Assembly (NCBI GenBank): GCA_040218735.1 | Contig: JAVJQW010000012.1 | Coordinates: forward strand, 64,001-128,000 | Origin: Deltaproteobacteria bacterium | GTDB taxonomy: Bacteria; Myxococcota; Kuafuiibacteriia; Kuafuiibacteriales; Kuafuiibacteriaceae | Direction of reading: 5' to 3' | Length of the DNA stretch: 64,000 nucleotides | Shown here: positions 1 to 9,958 of the stretch, piece after piece | Layout: the number at the start of each line of letters is the position of its first letter | Position numbering within the stretch: the first letter of the stretch is position 1 | Notes under the pieces: generated by a model | Told to the model about the DNA's origin: nothing | Database searches by the model: none | What the model saw: the letters and a program-made list of their open reading frames with translations, nothing else | Made by a program: the position numbers and the translations under genes

Positions 1-1
1 T

Positions 2-277
2 CACATCGCACCGTGGGCCGCTACGGAAGGGCTCTTCGCGGGCGCCGAGCGAATCCTGCCGAGCGGTGCGCCGCTCATCCTCTACGGGCCGTTCCGCATC
101 GACGGCGCCCACACCGCGCCGTCGAACGCGTCCTTCGACGCGTCGCTCCAACGGCGCAACCCCGAGTGGGGTGTACGTGATCTCGCCGAGGTCACCGCCG
201 TGGCGTCCGCGTTCACGCTCGAGGAGCGCCACGCGATGCCCGCGAACAACTTTACGCTGGTGTTCCGGCGGCGTTGA
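2..277 (+). CDS. DUF938 family SAM-dependent methyltransferase-like protein, 5'-truncated by the window edge
   Basis: Own translation of frame 2: HIAPWAATEGLFAGAERILPSGAPLILYGPFRIDGAHTAPSNASFDASLQRRNPEWGVRD...MPANNFTLVFRRR*. LYGPF, SNxxFDxSL, WGVRD and MPANN are typical DUF938 motifs. TGA at 275-277. Confidence 0.85.
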   Translation, partial: HIAPWAATEGLFAGAERILPSGAPLILYGPFRIDGAHTAPSNASFDASLQRRNPEWGVRDLAEVTAVASAFTLEERHAMPANNFTLVFRRR

Positions 278-1733
278 GCGCCGCCTCGTCCACGACGAAC
301 GTCTCGCGGCCCGGGGCGAACGGGTCCTCGGGCCAGTCGGGATCGATGCCCTCGAAGTAGCTGCGCACGTACCGCAAGCAGTTGAGCGCCGCACCGATCT
401 CCGTCATCAGCGACACCAAGCCGAAGCCGATGCGGTTCAGGAAGACGGCGTCCGCGGGCATGTCGAGTTTGAAGAGGTTCGGGTTGTCGACGAACATCTT
501 CCGGAACGTGTCGCGCGGCGGGTGATCGCGGAAGTCGAAGTCGCGGTCCGCGAGGTACGGCTGGTACAGGTACCGCATCAGCTCCCGGAAGCTCTCGAAG
601 TCGTACTGCGAGCTCTCCGTCACGAAGCCGATCTCCACGGCGAGCCGCACCATCGCGTCGCGGTCGTCTTCGTTGACCGCGTTCAACATCTCGACCCACT
701 TCGCGCGACGGTCCGCCGGATAGAGGCGCGAGCAACCGTAGTCGAGGAACACCACGCGGCCGTCGTCCATGAACAGGTAGTTGCCGGGGTGCGGGTCGCA
801 GTTGAAAAGGCCGTCCATGTAGAAGCCGCCGAGGTAGAAGCGGAAGAACAGCTTCGTGACGCGGTCGCGCTCCTCCGCGGACGGGTCGCCTTCGAGCCAC
901 TGGTAGAACGTCTGCCCCTCGTAGAACTTCGTGACGAGCACACGCCGCGAAGACAGCTCGGTGTAGACCTCGGGCGTGACGATCCACGGGTGCCCCTTGA
1001 AGCGCTCCCGGTACAGCTCTTGGTAGTGCGCCTCCTTCTCGTAGTTGCACTCGTCGAGGAAGCGCTGCTCGAGCTCGGACATGATCGCGTCGGTGTCCGT
1101 TCGGAAGAACATCACGCGCTGAAAGAGGCTCATCATGCGCGCGTTCTTGAGGTCCGCCGCCATCGCGCTCTCGATGCCGGGGTACTGCACCTTCACCGCG
1201 ACCGCGGTGCCGTCCGGCAGCGTCGCACGGTGCACCTGACCGATGCTCGCGGCGGCGATCGGCTCGTGCTCGATCGACGCGAACACGTCCTTCGGATCCC
1301 GCCCGAGTGACTCGGTGAGCGCCGCTTCGACGACGTCCCAGGTCATCGGCGAGACGTCGCGCTGCAGCACGGTGAGGACGCGGCGCGCCTCCGGCGGGAG
1401 CGCGTCGTCGAGGTAACTCAGCATCTGGCCGAGCTTCATCGTCACGCCGCGCATCTCGGAGAAGGTCTCGAGCATCTCCGCCGCGAGACCCACCGAGACG
1501 GCGCCCTTCGCGCTGCTGTCGAGCGCGCTCTTCGCGCGATCGACGACGGCGCGCGACGCGCTCTTCGCCGCGAAGCGCGACAGCTTCAGCGCGCGCGACA
1601 TACGACCGGTCGAGAGCTTCTCGACACGTTTGTCGAGGACACGATTCACGCTCTGCTGCGCCCGCTCGGACAGCTCGTTTCCAAGCGCGGCGAGGAGGTG
1701 CTTCGGGAGCGCTTTCTTGTCGTCGTCGCTCAT
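252..1733 (-). CDS. ABC1/UbiB/AarF family atypical kinase
   Basis: Motifs MKLGQMLS, PIAAASIGQVHRA, VAVKVQYPG, NCDPHPGNY and FLDYG. Start trimmed to the ATG at 1733 (MSDDDKK), which overlaps the upstream MFS stop. Confidence 0.9.
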   Translation of the reverse strand: MSDDDKKALPKHLLAALGNELSERAQQSVNRVLDKRVEKLSTGRMSRALKLSRFAAKSASRAVVDRAKSALDSSAKGAVSVGLAAEMLETFSEMRGVTMKLGQMLSYLDDALPPEARRVLTVLQRDVSPMTWDVVEAALTESLGRDPKDVFASIEHEPIAAASIGQVHRATLPDGTAVAVKVQYPGIESAMAADLKNARMMSLFQRVMFFRTDTDAIMSELEQRFLDECNYEKEAHYQELYRERFKGHPWIVTPEVYTELSSRRVLVTKFYEGQTFYQWLEGDPSAEERDRVTKLFFRFYLGGFYMDGLFNCDPHPGNYLFMDDGRVVFLDYGCSRLYPADRRAKWVEMLNAVNEDDRDAMVRLAVEIGFVTESSQYDFESFRELMRYLYQPYLADRDFDFRDHPPRDTFRKMFVDNPNLFKLDMPADAVFLNRIGFGLVSLMTEIGAALNCLRYVRSYFEGIDPDWPEDPFAPGRETFVVDEAALNAAGTPA

Positions 1734-2941
1734 GACTCCGCGGTTCGTCGGCTGACGTACACCACCGCCGCGAGCAAGACCACCTCCAACGCCACGGCCA
1801 CGAACAGGGCGGCGCCGAGGCCGCCGTACGGGGCGACCCACCCGACGACGTAGGTGCCGATCGAGCCCACGCCGAACCCGAGCACGAACTTCCCGGCGTA
1901 CGCGCGCCCGCGCCACTTCGATGGCGACAACCACGCGACGAGGCTGTTCTCGATCGGCTGCATGCCGATGCCGAAGAAGATGTAGAAGAACAGGCACAAC
2001 AACAGCGGCCAGCCCGCGAACCAGGCGGCCCCCAACAAGAGCGGGAGCGCCGCGAGGTGGAAAGCGAAGTAAGCGCTGACGAGCCGGTAGCGGTCGGCGA
2101 TCTTGCCGCCCCACCACTGCCCGAAGATGCCCATCGCGTAGGCCGCCGACACGAGCGCGGTCGCCGCGAGGTTGTCGACGTTCTCGACGTTCTCGAGTCC
2201 GAGCGCCCGCGTCCACGTGACGAGGAACGGGATGCGCTCGGCGATCAGCGCCGGCATCACCAGGGTGTGGAGTCGGTACACGAGGCCGCCCACCGTCACG
2301 GCGACGGCCATGCCGACGAGTGGGCGCCAGTCGTTCGATACGCCCGAAGCGACCGGCGCGCCCGGGTCCGCGTCGTCGTCACGTTCGCGGCGCTCGAAGG
2401 GGAGCAGCGCGAACACCAGCCCGACGACGAGCACGGGCGCGCAGAACACGACGTACGCCGCGCGCCACCCCCACAACGAAGCGACGATACCGGCGACGAT
2501 CGGCGTCCCCGCGATCCCGACGTTGCCGGCGATACCGTTGATCGCAAACGCGCGACCGATCTTGCCTTCGAACCACACCGACAACAGCGCGAGTCCGGAC
2601 GGGTGATACAGCGACGCGAAGAAACCGAGCGCGGCGAGGGAAGCGACGAGTGTTGTCGTCGACGTCGAAGCCGCGACGGCGATGCCGCTGAAGCCGCCGC
2701 CGATCAGACAAGCGAGGAGGACGCGGCGTGCCCCGTAGCGATCCGAGGCCCAGCCGGCGACCGGCGCACCGAACCCGAACAAGAGGTACAGCGGCCAGGC
2801 GAGCGCGACGGCCTCTTCGAAGGTGACGCCGAAGTCACGCGCCAGCGGGATGGCGACGGCGGGGAACACCAGCTCCCACGCGTGGGACGCTGCATGGCCG
2901 ACCCCGGTGAGGCCGACGACCCGAGCACTCGCGTTCGCCAC
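1730..2941 (-). CDS. MFS transporter
   Basis: 403 aa with about 12 hydrophobic segments. MFS motif A GWASDRYGARR, second-half repeat GKIADRY, and YHPSG. Confidence 0.85.
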   Translation of the reverse strand: MANASARVVGLTGVGHAASHAWELVFPAVAIPLARDFGVTFEEAVALAWPLYLLFGFGAPVAGWASDRYGARRVLLACLIGGGFSGIAVAASTSTTTLVASLAALGFFASLYHPSGLALLSVWFEGKIGRAFAINGIAGNVGIAGTPIVAGIVASLWGWRAAYVVFCAPVLVVGLVFALLPFERRERDDDADPGAPVASGVSNDWRPLVGMAVAVTVGGLVYRLHTLVMPALIAERIPFLVTWTRALGLENVENVDNLAATALVSAAYAMGIFGQWWGGKIADRYRLVSAYFAFHLAALPLLLGAAWFAGWPLLLCLFFYIFFGIGMQPIENSLVAWLSPSKWRGRAYAGKFVLGFGVGSIGTYVVGWVAPYGGLGAALFVAVALEVVLLAAVVYVSRRTAES

Positions 2942-2969
2942 CTCGCCCCATTCTACGTGGGCGCGTGAA

Positions 2970-3716
2970 TCAAGTCTCGTGGAAGATGACGAGGAGGATC
3001 AGGTCGAAGCGGCTGCGGACACCGAGCTTCTTCATGATGTTCGCGACGTGGAACTTCACGGTGCGCTCGGCGATCCCCTCCGCGTCTCCGATCTCCTGGT
3101 TTCGCATGCCGCGCACGACCCCGAGGAAGATCGAGACTTCCTTCTTCGACAGCTGCTTCTCCCGCGCGAGTGAACGCGTCGCGCGTTCGAGCTCGCGCTG
3201 TCGATCCGAGCGTTCGTCGGTGACGAGCTGCGGGACGAGCGGAGCGGGGTGCATCCGGAATCGACGATCGCGCGCGTGCGCGCTCGGCGTCGCCGCGACG
3301 GTCGCGCGCCAGATGCGCGTGCGCGCGACGGCGCTGCGAACGGCGGCGATGAAATCGTCCAACTCGAACGGCTTGAGCAGGACGTCGAACGCGCCGTCGG
3401 CCAGACACTCCTGCACGAGCGACGGGTCTTGGGTCCCCGTGATCATCACCGAAGCACAGAGCACCGGACGCGCGCGGAGGAACTGCATCGCCTCCACGCC
3501 GATCTCGTCCGGCAACCAGTAGTCGACGACCGCGGCGTCGAGCACCGTGTGCGGGAGCAGCTCCTTCGCTTCCGCGACGCTGCTGACCGTGTAGACGGTC
3601 GCGCCCTCGCTGTGGAGGACACGCTCGAGGCTCGCACGCGTAGACGGTTGGTCGTCCACAATCAGAATGCGGGCTTCGTGCAAGGATTTGAGCTCGATGG
3701 CGGTACTCTTGGTCAT
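2970..3716 (-). CDS. Response regulator (receiver + LuxR-type HTH)
   Basis: Receiver ILIVDD, AVVDYWLPD, ITG and LKPF. C-terminal LSKKE...GMRNQEIG...ERTVKFHVANIMKKLGV. Start at MTKS is approximate. Confidence 0.85.
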   Translation of the reverse strand: MTKSTAIELKSLHEARILIVDDQPSTRASLERVLHSEGATVYTVSSVAEAKELLPHTVLDAAVVDYWLPDEIGVEAMQFLRARPVLCASVMITGTQDPSLVQECLADGAFDVLLKPFELDDFIAAVRSAVARTRIWRATVAATPSAHARDRRFRMHPAPLVPQLVTDERSDRQRELERATRSLAREKQLSKKEVSIFLGVVRGMRNQEIGDAEGIAERTVKFHVANIMKKLGVRSRFDLILLVIFHET

Positions 3717-3771
3717 GAGCACGCGTGCGAGCGTATCGTACTCAACCTGACGCGAAACCCTGTCCTCGAGG

Positions 3772-4467
3772 TCAGGTATCGATACCCGGGACGTACCGGT
3801 AGCCGGCGCCGTGCACGGTCGTGATCCACCGGGGTGCCTTCGGGTCGGCTTCGACCTTCTTGCGCAGCTTCGAGACGTGTTGGTCGAGCGTTCGGCTGTT
3901 CGGGTAGTGGTCGATGCCCCAACATTTCGAGAAGAGGAAATCCCGATCCAGGACACGATCCGGATGTGCGGCAAAGCAGCGTAGGAGTTTTACCTCGCGC
4001 AACGAAAGGTCGATCGTCTCGTCGTCGCGACGCGCGCGTAGCTCGTCGGGGAGCACTTCGAGATCGCCGAAGCGAAACGCGGTCGACGCGACGGCGCGAC
4101 GCGACGCCAGACAACGCCGACTGATCGCACGCACCCGCGCGACGAACTCCTTCACGCCGAACGGCTTCATCACGTAGTCGTCCGCGCCGAGCTCGAGGCC
4201 CAGCACCTTGTCGATCTCTTCGGACTTCGCCGACAGGAATACGATCGGGATCGTCGCATCCTGTGCGCGAATCCGACGGCACACTTCGTAGCCGTCGAGC
4301 TTCGGCATCATGATGTCGAGGCACACGAAGTCCGGACGCGCGCGCTCGAAGAGCACCCACGCCTCCTCCCCATCCGACGCGGCGACCGCGTCGTAGCCCT
4401 CGCCCTCCAGGACCTCGACGATCCCGCGGCGCATGTTCGGATCGTCTTCGGCGACCAGCACCCTCAT
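3772..4467 (-). CDS. OmpR/PhoB family response regulator
   Basis: MRVLVAEDD, LDIMMPKLDG, GADDYVMKPF and winged-helix RTLDQHVSKLRKK...TVHGAGY. ATG at 4467 overlaps the kinase stop (ATGA). Confidence 0.92.
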   Translation of the reverse strand: MRVLVAEDDPNMRRGIVEVLEGEGYDAVAASDGEEAWVLFERARPDFVCLDIMMPKLDGYEVCRRIRAQDATIPIVFLSAKSEEIDKVLGLELGADDYVMKPFGVKEFVARVRAISRRCLASRRAVASTAFRFGDLEVLPDELRARRDDETIDLSLREVKLLRCFAAHPDRVLDRDFLFSKCWGIDHYPNSRTLDQHVSKLRKKVEADPKAPRWITTVHGAGYRYVPGIDT

Positions 4468-6053
4468 GAGCTCCCCCCTCTCGGCAACCTCAACTCGAAC
4501 GTCGCACCGCTCTCGACGGGCAGGCATCGCAGGTCGCCGCCGTGCCGCTTGGCGAGCTCCCGCGCGATCGACAAACCGATCCCCGTCCCCGTCACGCCGT
4601 CGGTCAGCTTGCTGCTGACGCGATAGAACGGCGCGAAGATCCGCTCGCGCGCGCTCCCGTCGATCGTCGGCCCGTCGTTGTGCACGGTGACGATCAGACC
4701 ATCGTCGTCCTGAACGGTCGTGACGGACAGCTGCGCCTCGTTCGGCGCGTACTTCTCCACGTTGCTCACGAGGTTCGCGACGATCTGTCCGAGCGCGTCC
4801 TCGTCCGCCTCGATCGGCTCCGGCGCTCCCGCCTGGAACACGACGTCGATGCGTTTCTCCTCCAGCGCGGGCCCGAACTGTTCGAGCACACGCTCCACGA
4901 CCGCGTCGATCACCACGGGGCGCTTCTCCAACGCGAGCGCGCTCCGACGCTGTCGCGCGTACGTGAGGATGTTGTTGATGAGCCGCGTGAGCCGGTGGCT
5001 CTCTGCGACGATCACCTGGAGCCTATCCACGGCCTCCGGATCCTCGTCCTCCAAGCGCGCCTCCAACAGCTCGGCGTAGAGCCGGATGTTGGCGAGCGGC
5101 GTCTTCAGCTCGTGCGACACCTGCGTCACGAACGTCACGCGCGCCGCGGCCTCGCGCAGGTCACGCGAGCTCTCGCGGTAGAAGTACACCGCGAACAACA
5201 GCAGCGCAGCTACGAGGCCCCCGAAGCCGAGCACGAGCGTCGACGTCTCCGTGCGCGCACCGACGAGCTGCGCCTGTTGATCGCTCGACAGGTAGAACGC
5301 GAGCCGCCACGAATCGAGCGGGTACGCGAGCGTCCGCACTGCGACGGGCGGCGCGTCGTTCGGCTCGTAGCTGCCCCACTGGTAGACCGGGTCGTCGCGG
5401 GAGTCCTGCAGCACGACGCGCCCCCCGTCGACCTCCACGTCCGGGAGCTGGCCGATCAGGCGCGACAGCAGGACGATGCGCTCGATCTCCACGCCGTGCA
5501 CCCCGCCGTCGGCGCGTTTCTGCCAGAACAGCAGGTGCAAGCCTTCTTGCCAGTACCAGGTCACCCACCCCGAGCTCTTGCGCTCCGCGAGCTGGCGCAG
5601 GCTGTCGCCGCGGCCCTTCACGGTGGTGACGGCGTCGCCTTGCTCGGGCGGGCGGTCGTAGAGGATCGCGCGTCGATCCCAGATCGCGCGCGTGCGGGTG
5701 AGGAAGTCCTTCTCCCGCTGGCTGCTCGTGTCGTCTTCGGGCGGGAAGAGGAGGCGCCCCTCGCCGTCGAGCACGAACATCGCGCGTGCGAGGGGCTCCG
5801 CGCGGACCGCGGCGCGTCGGGCGTCGACGTCGTCCGCGGTTGCCTCGAGGAACTTCGTGAGCTGACGTTCGAGCGAGGAAGTCGTCTTCTCGATCGTCGC
5901 GTCGAGATCCGCGAGGCGCCCCTCGAACACCCGGGACAGCTCGACGGAAGCGACGGCGCGCTCGTCCGCCCGCATGCGCAGCACCAGCCAGCCCACCGAG
6001 AAGAGCGGGAGGAGGACGAGCGCCACGAAGACGACGGCGAGACGAGCGCGCAA
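4464..6053 (-). CDS. Membrane sensor histidine kinase
   Basis: Two TM segments, H-box VSHELKTPL, N-box NLVSNVEKY and G2 box GTGIGLSI. TTG start at 6053 preceded by AAGGAG. Confidence 0.9.
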   Translation of the reverse strand: MRARLAVVFVALVLLPLFSVGWLVLRMRADERAVASVELSRVFEGRLADLDATIEKTTSSLERQLTKFLEATADDVDARRAAVRAEPLARAMFVLDGEGRLLFPPEDDTSSQREKDFLTRTRAIWDRRAILYDRPPEQGDAVTTVKGRGDSLRQLAERKSSGWVTWYWQEGLHLLFWQKRADGGVHGVEIERIVLLSRLIGQLPDVEVDGGRVVLQDSRDDPVYQWGSYEPNDAPPVAVRTLAYPLDSWRLAFYLSSDQQAQLVGARTETSTLVLGFGGLVAALLLFAVYFYRESSRDLREAAARVTFVTQVSHELKTPLANIRLYAELLEARLEDEDPEAVDRLQVIVAESHRLTRLINNILTYARQRRSALALEKRPVVIDAVVERVLEQFGPALEEKRIDVVFQAGAPEPIEADEDALGQIVANLVSNVEKYAPNEAQLSVTTVQDDDGLIVTVHNDGPTIDGSARERIFAPFYRVSSKLTDGVTGTGIGLSIARELAKRHGGDLRCLPVESGATFELRLPRGGSS

Positions 6054-6063
6054 CCGGGGCTCC

Positions 6064-7371
6064 TTAGAACGACTGCTGCGAGTCGAGCTCGTACTGCGTC
6101 TTGCGCATCGTCTTGCGCTGTTTGTTCCAGCTGCGCTCGTCGAGGTTGCTCGCGTCGTCGAGGTTCTTGGTGCTGTACGTGTTGAGGCGCTTCGACTTGT
6201 ACTTCCTCGCCTTTCTCTGGAGCCAGCCCGCGTTGTCGCGCAGCACCTTCTCCGCCTCACGCACCTTGCCCTGGTCGCGGAGCGCGACAGCTTCGCGGTT
6301 CTGCGCCACGGCAATCGACTCGTAGGCGGCGACCATCACCGCGCGGTTCTCGGCGCGGGCGACCTCGTTCTTCGAACGCGTGAACGACAGCTGCACGGTG
6401 TCCTTCGTGCGCTCCGTCTTGCCGGTCGCCATGTTCGCGTAGGACAGCGAAACGTCCGCGGCGCTGAGGTTGGTGTTCGCGCCCTGCGGCGACACTTCGA
6501 TCTCCAACAGGAAGAACTTCTCCTGCTTGGCGTAGAGCTGGTTCAGCCCGAGGACCACTTCTTGGCCGTGGATCTCGCCGTCGCGGTTCAGCACGCGCAC
6601 CGGGCGGATGCCCTCCGCGAGCTTCACGGTCATCGACAGCTCCTGCGCCACGACCGAGAGGACGTCGCCGAGCTCGTAGCCAAAGATCTTCACGAGCGCC
6701 TCGCCGTTCTCCGCGAACGCGTGGTTGCCGTCGCTGCGGCGCGCGAGCTGCTCCATGAGGTCTTCGTTGTACCCGAGGCCCAAACCGATCGTCGTGACGG
6801 CGATGCCCTCCTTGCCCGCGGCCGCACCGAGTCGACCGAGCTCGTTCGGCGAGCTGGGGCCCACGTTCGCCTGACCGTCCGACAACAGGATCACGCGGTT
6901 GACGCGCTGATCGTCGAGGAACTTACGCACCTCTTCGATGCCGCGGCTCACGCCCGCGAACAGCGCGGTGGACCCGCGCGGACGAATGCGGCGAATGCGC
7001 TGCGCTATCATCTCGCGGTCGGTGACCTTCGTCGCCGGGACGAGGACCTCGACGCCGTTGTCGTAGGCGACCACGGAGAGGATGTCGTTGGTGCCGAGCC
7101 GCTCGAGCACGAGCAGCGCGGCCTCACGCGCCTTGGCGATCTTGTCGCCGCTCATGGAGCTGGATCGGTCGATGACGAGCGAGAGGTTCACCGGCGTGCG
7201 CGAGGCGTCTTCGCGCTCGAAGCCGGTGACGGAGAGTTTGAGGTAGTTCGTGTTCTTCTGGTTGGCGAGGAGGATGGGTTTGCCGAGCTCGGCCCCGAGC
7301 TTCAGGGGGGCGGCTTCGGCCGACGAGGCCACGAGCAGGGCGAGGGCGGCGACGGTGACGGTTCGATTCAT
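6064..7371 (-). CDS. Secreted von Willebrand factor A domain protein (YfbK-like)
   Basis: Signal peptide MNRTVTVAALALLVASSAEA, MIDAS LVIDRSSSM, LLSDGQANVG and IGLGLGYNEDLM. AAGGAG upstream. Confidence 0.88.
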   Translation of the reverse strand: MNRTVTVAALALLVASSAEAAPLKLGAELGKPILLANQKNTNYLKLSVTGFEREDASRTPVNLSLVIDRSSSMSGDKIAKAREAALLVLERLGTNDILSVVAYDNGVEVLVPATKVTDREMIAQRIRRIRPRGSTALFAGVSRGIEEVRKFLDDQRVNRVILLSDGQANVGPSSPNELGRLGAAAGKEGIAVTTIGLGLGYNEDLMEQLARRSDGNHAFAENGEALVKIFGYELGDVLSVVAQELSMTVKLAEGIRPVRVLNRDGEIHGQEVVLGLNQLYAKQEKFFLLEIEVSPQGANTNLSAADVSLSYANMATGKTERTKDTVQLSFTRSKNEVARAENRAVMVAAYESIAVAQNREAVALRDQGKVREAEKVLRDNAGWLQRKARKYKSKRLNTYSTKNLDDASNLDERSWNKQRKTMRKTQYELDSQQSF

Positions 7372-7434
7372 GGGTGTGGGTGTCTCCTTGACCATCACGC
7401 TAGAGAAGTTGCCCCGGGCGGTGGTCTGCCGTCC

Positions 7435-7461
7435 GTAAATGGGTTGTAAAGCAATCGTAAA
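7435..7461. promoter_or_regulatory. Three GTAAA direct repeats with 11-bp period, a candidate OmpR/PhoB-family binding site
   Basis: GTAAA at 7435, 7446 and 7457 in the AT-richer divergent spacer between the vWA-HK-RR operon and the AmpG-like gene. Confidence 0.6.
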
Positions 7462-7463
7462 AC

Positions 7464-8642
7464 GTGGGCCGGGTTCGACGCATCCTCGTGCTGTCCGCGC
7501 TCTACCTCGCGCAGGGGATGCCGTTCGGCCTCCAGGCCAACGCCCTCCCCGCGTATCTGCGCGAAGCGGGCCTCTCGCTCACCACGATCGGCCTCGCGGG
7601 TGTGCTCGCGGTCCCCTGGATGCTCAAGCCGCTGTGGGCGCCGATCGTGGATCGGTGGTTCGAGCGGCGCCGGTGGATCCAGGTGCTGCTCGGGCTGCTC
7701 GCGCTCCTCTCCCTCGTCGGTTCGCAGCTCGCGCTCGATGACATCCGCGTCCTCGCGCTCCTCGTCCTGCTCATGAATGCGCTGGCCGCGACGCAGGACA
7801 TCGCGGTCGACGGGCTCGCCGTGGACATCCTCGCGGAGGACGAGCTGGGCCCGGGCAACGCCGCGCAAGTGGTCGGCTACAAACTCGGCATGATCCTCGG
7901 CGGCGGGGTGCTCGTCGCTCTCGCCGGCCCCGCGAAGCTCCCCGGCCTCTTCCTGTGGATGGCGGGCGCGTTCGTGCTGGTGCTGCTCCTCGCGCTCACC
8001 CTCCCCGGCGGCGACGCGACCGCAGAACCGAACCTGTCGCTCTTCGCGATCCTGCGGCGACTGTTCGGCTCGCTCGCGCTGCCCGGCGCCGTCTGGCTGT
8101 ACGCGGTCGTCGGGACCTACAAACTCGGCGAGACGCTGATCGACGCGATGTACAAACCGTTCCTCGTCGACCTCGGCTACTCCGCCGAGCGCATCGGCGT
8201 CCTCGCCGGGACGTACGGGATGATCGCGAGCGTCGCCGGTTCGATCTGCGGCGGCGCGCTCGCGCGGTACCGCCCGGTGCTCACCGCGGTCGCGATCGCC
8301 GCGACGCTGCGCGTGTTTCCGCTCGCCGCCGAGTGGTGGATGACGACCGGCGCGCCGTCCGAGCTCGCCGTCGCGACCATCACCGCCGCCGAGCACTTCT
8401 TCGGCGGCCTCCTCACCACCACGGTGTTCGCGCTGATGATGTCGCGCGTCGACCCGCGGATCGGCGCGACGCACTTCACGCTGCTCGCGGCGGTCGAGGT
8501 CTGGGGCAAGCTCCCGGTCGGCGCGGCGTCCGGCGTGCTCGCGGATCGCGTCGGCTACACGACGGCGTTCGGACTCGGCGTCGGCCTGTCCGTGGCGTTC
8601 CTGGCCCTCCTCTTGCCGTTGTCACGAACGCGCTCCGCCTGA
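7464..8642 (+). CDS. AmpG/RhtX-like MFS permease
   Basis: LYLAQGMPFG, PWMLKPLWAPIVD, AATQDIAVDGLAV and GATHFTLL, about 12 TM segments. Confidence 0.85.
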   Translation: MGRVRRILVLSALYLAQGMPFGLQANALPAYLREAGLSLTTIGLAGVLAVPWMLKPLWAPIVDRWFERRRWIQVLLGLLALLSLVGSQLALDDIRVLALLVLLMNALAATQDIAVDGLAVDILAEDELGPGNAAQVVGYKLGMILGGGVLVALAGPAKLPGLFLWMAGAFVLVLLLALTLPGGDATAEPNLSLFAILRRLFGSLALPGAVWLYAVVGTYKLGETLIDAMYKPFLVDLGYSAERIGVLAGTYGMIASVAGSICGGALARYRPVLTAVAIAATLRVFPLAAEWWMTTGAPSELAVATITAAEHFFGGLLTTTVFALMMSRVDPRIGATHFTLLAAVEVWGKLPVGAASGVLADRVGYTTAFGLGVGLSVAFLALLLPLSRTRSA

Positions 8643-8683
8643 CGAGTTGCCACGCGGTCCGGCCCGCGTTACGTCGGCTCGCG

Positions 8684-9958
8684 ATGGCCACCGCCGCGGC
8701 CTGGACCCCCACCCAGCGAGCGAATCAGCTCAAGAAGTGGCGCGTGCTGATGTTCGCGTGCACGTGGCTCACCTACGCCACGTTCTACCTGACGCGGAAG
8801 AACTACGCCGTCGCGCAGCCCGCCTTCATGGAGGCGCTCGGCTGGGGCGCCGACGACGTCGGCATCATCATCACGACGTACCTCACCGTGTACGCCATCG
8901 GGCAGTTCACGAACGGCGTCCTCACCGACCGCGTCGGCCCGCGCATCATGATCGCGGTGGGGCTCGGGCTCTCCGCTGCTCTCGCCATCGGCCTGAGCCT
9001 CTCCGGCACCATCGTGTTGATGACCGTGCTCTACGGCGCGAACGGCTTCGCGCAGTCGATGGGCTGGCCGTCCGTCACCAAGGCGATGACGAACTGGATC
9101 CCCGTCAGCATGCGCGGACGCGTGATGGGCTTGTGGGGCACCTGCTACCCGGCGGGCGACGCCATCGCGACGGGCTTCGCCGCGTTGATCCTCGCGTCGT
9201 TCGGGTGGCGCGCCGCGTTCTTCGTGCCCGCCGCGCTCGCCGCTTCGATCGGCGCGGGCATCGTGTTCATCATGCGCAACCACCCGCGGGACGTCGGCCT
9301 CGCGACGGACGGTCCGTCGCGGTCGAGCTCGGACGCGCGCGGCGGCCACTGGACCGACTCGGTCAAACACCTGAAGAACGGTCGCGTCATCGTGCTGGGC
9401 ATCGCGTACTTCTGCCTGAAGTTCGTGCGCTACTCGCTCTTGTTCTGGATCGGCGTGTACCTCGTCGAGGGGCTGAAGTTCTCGCCGGAGGACGCCGGCT
9501 ACCTCCAAGTCCCGTTCCCGCTCGTAGGGCTCACCGGGAGCATCTTCGGCGGTTGGCTGTCCGATAAACTCTTCGGCGCACGCCGCGCGCCCGCTGCGGC
9601 GGTGATGCTGGCGTGCCTGATCGTGATGTTGCTCTTCCTGCAGGTCGCGCCGGCGAACTTCTACGTCATCGCGATCGCGTACGGGCTCGTGGGTTTCTTC
9701 CTGTTCGGCCCGGACATGCTGATCAGCGGCACGGCGGCGATGGACTTCGGCAGCGAAGAGGCCGCCGCGACCGTCGCGGGGTTCGTGAACGGCGTCGGTG
9801 CGATCGGCGCCGCGCTGTCGGGCGTGGTGATCGGCAACGTCTCGAAGATGTTCGGGTGGCCCGCGGTGTTCTACCTGCTGATGGCGATGGTCGCGGCGTG
9901 CGCCGTGGTCACCGCCACGTTATGGAACGCGCGCGGCGACGCTCAAGCGACGGCGTAG
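8684..9958 (+). CDS. MFS organophosphate:phosphate antiporter family (GlpT/UhpC-like)
   Basis: YATFYLTRKNY, NGFAQSMGWP, KFVRYSLLFW and AGFVNGVG. Start at MATAAAW (8684). Confidence 0.85.
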   Translation: MATAAAWTPTQRANQLKKWRVLMFACTWLTYATFYLTRKNYAVAQPAFMEALGWGADDVGIIITTYLTVYAIGQFTNGVLTDRVGPRIMIAVGLGLSAALAIGLSLSGTIVLMTVLYGANGFAQSMGWPSVTKAMTNWIPVSMRGRVMGLWGTCYPAGDAIATGFAALILASFGWRAAFFVPAALAASIGAGIVFIMRNHPRDVGLATDGPSRSSSDARGGHWTDSVKHLKNGRVIVLGIAYFCLKFVRYSLLFWIGVYLVEGLKFSPEDAGYLQVPFPLVGLTGSIFGGWLSDKLFGARRAPAAAVMLACLIVMLLFLQVAPANFYVIAIAYGLVGFFLFGPDMLISGTAAMDFGSEEAAATVAGFVNGVGAIGAALSGVVIGNVSKMFGWPAVFYLLMAMVAACAVVTATLWNARGDAQATA

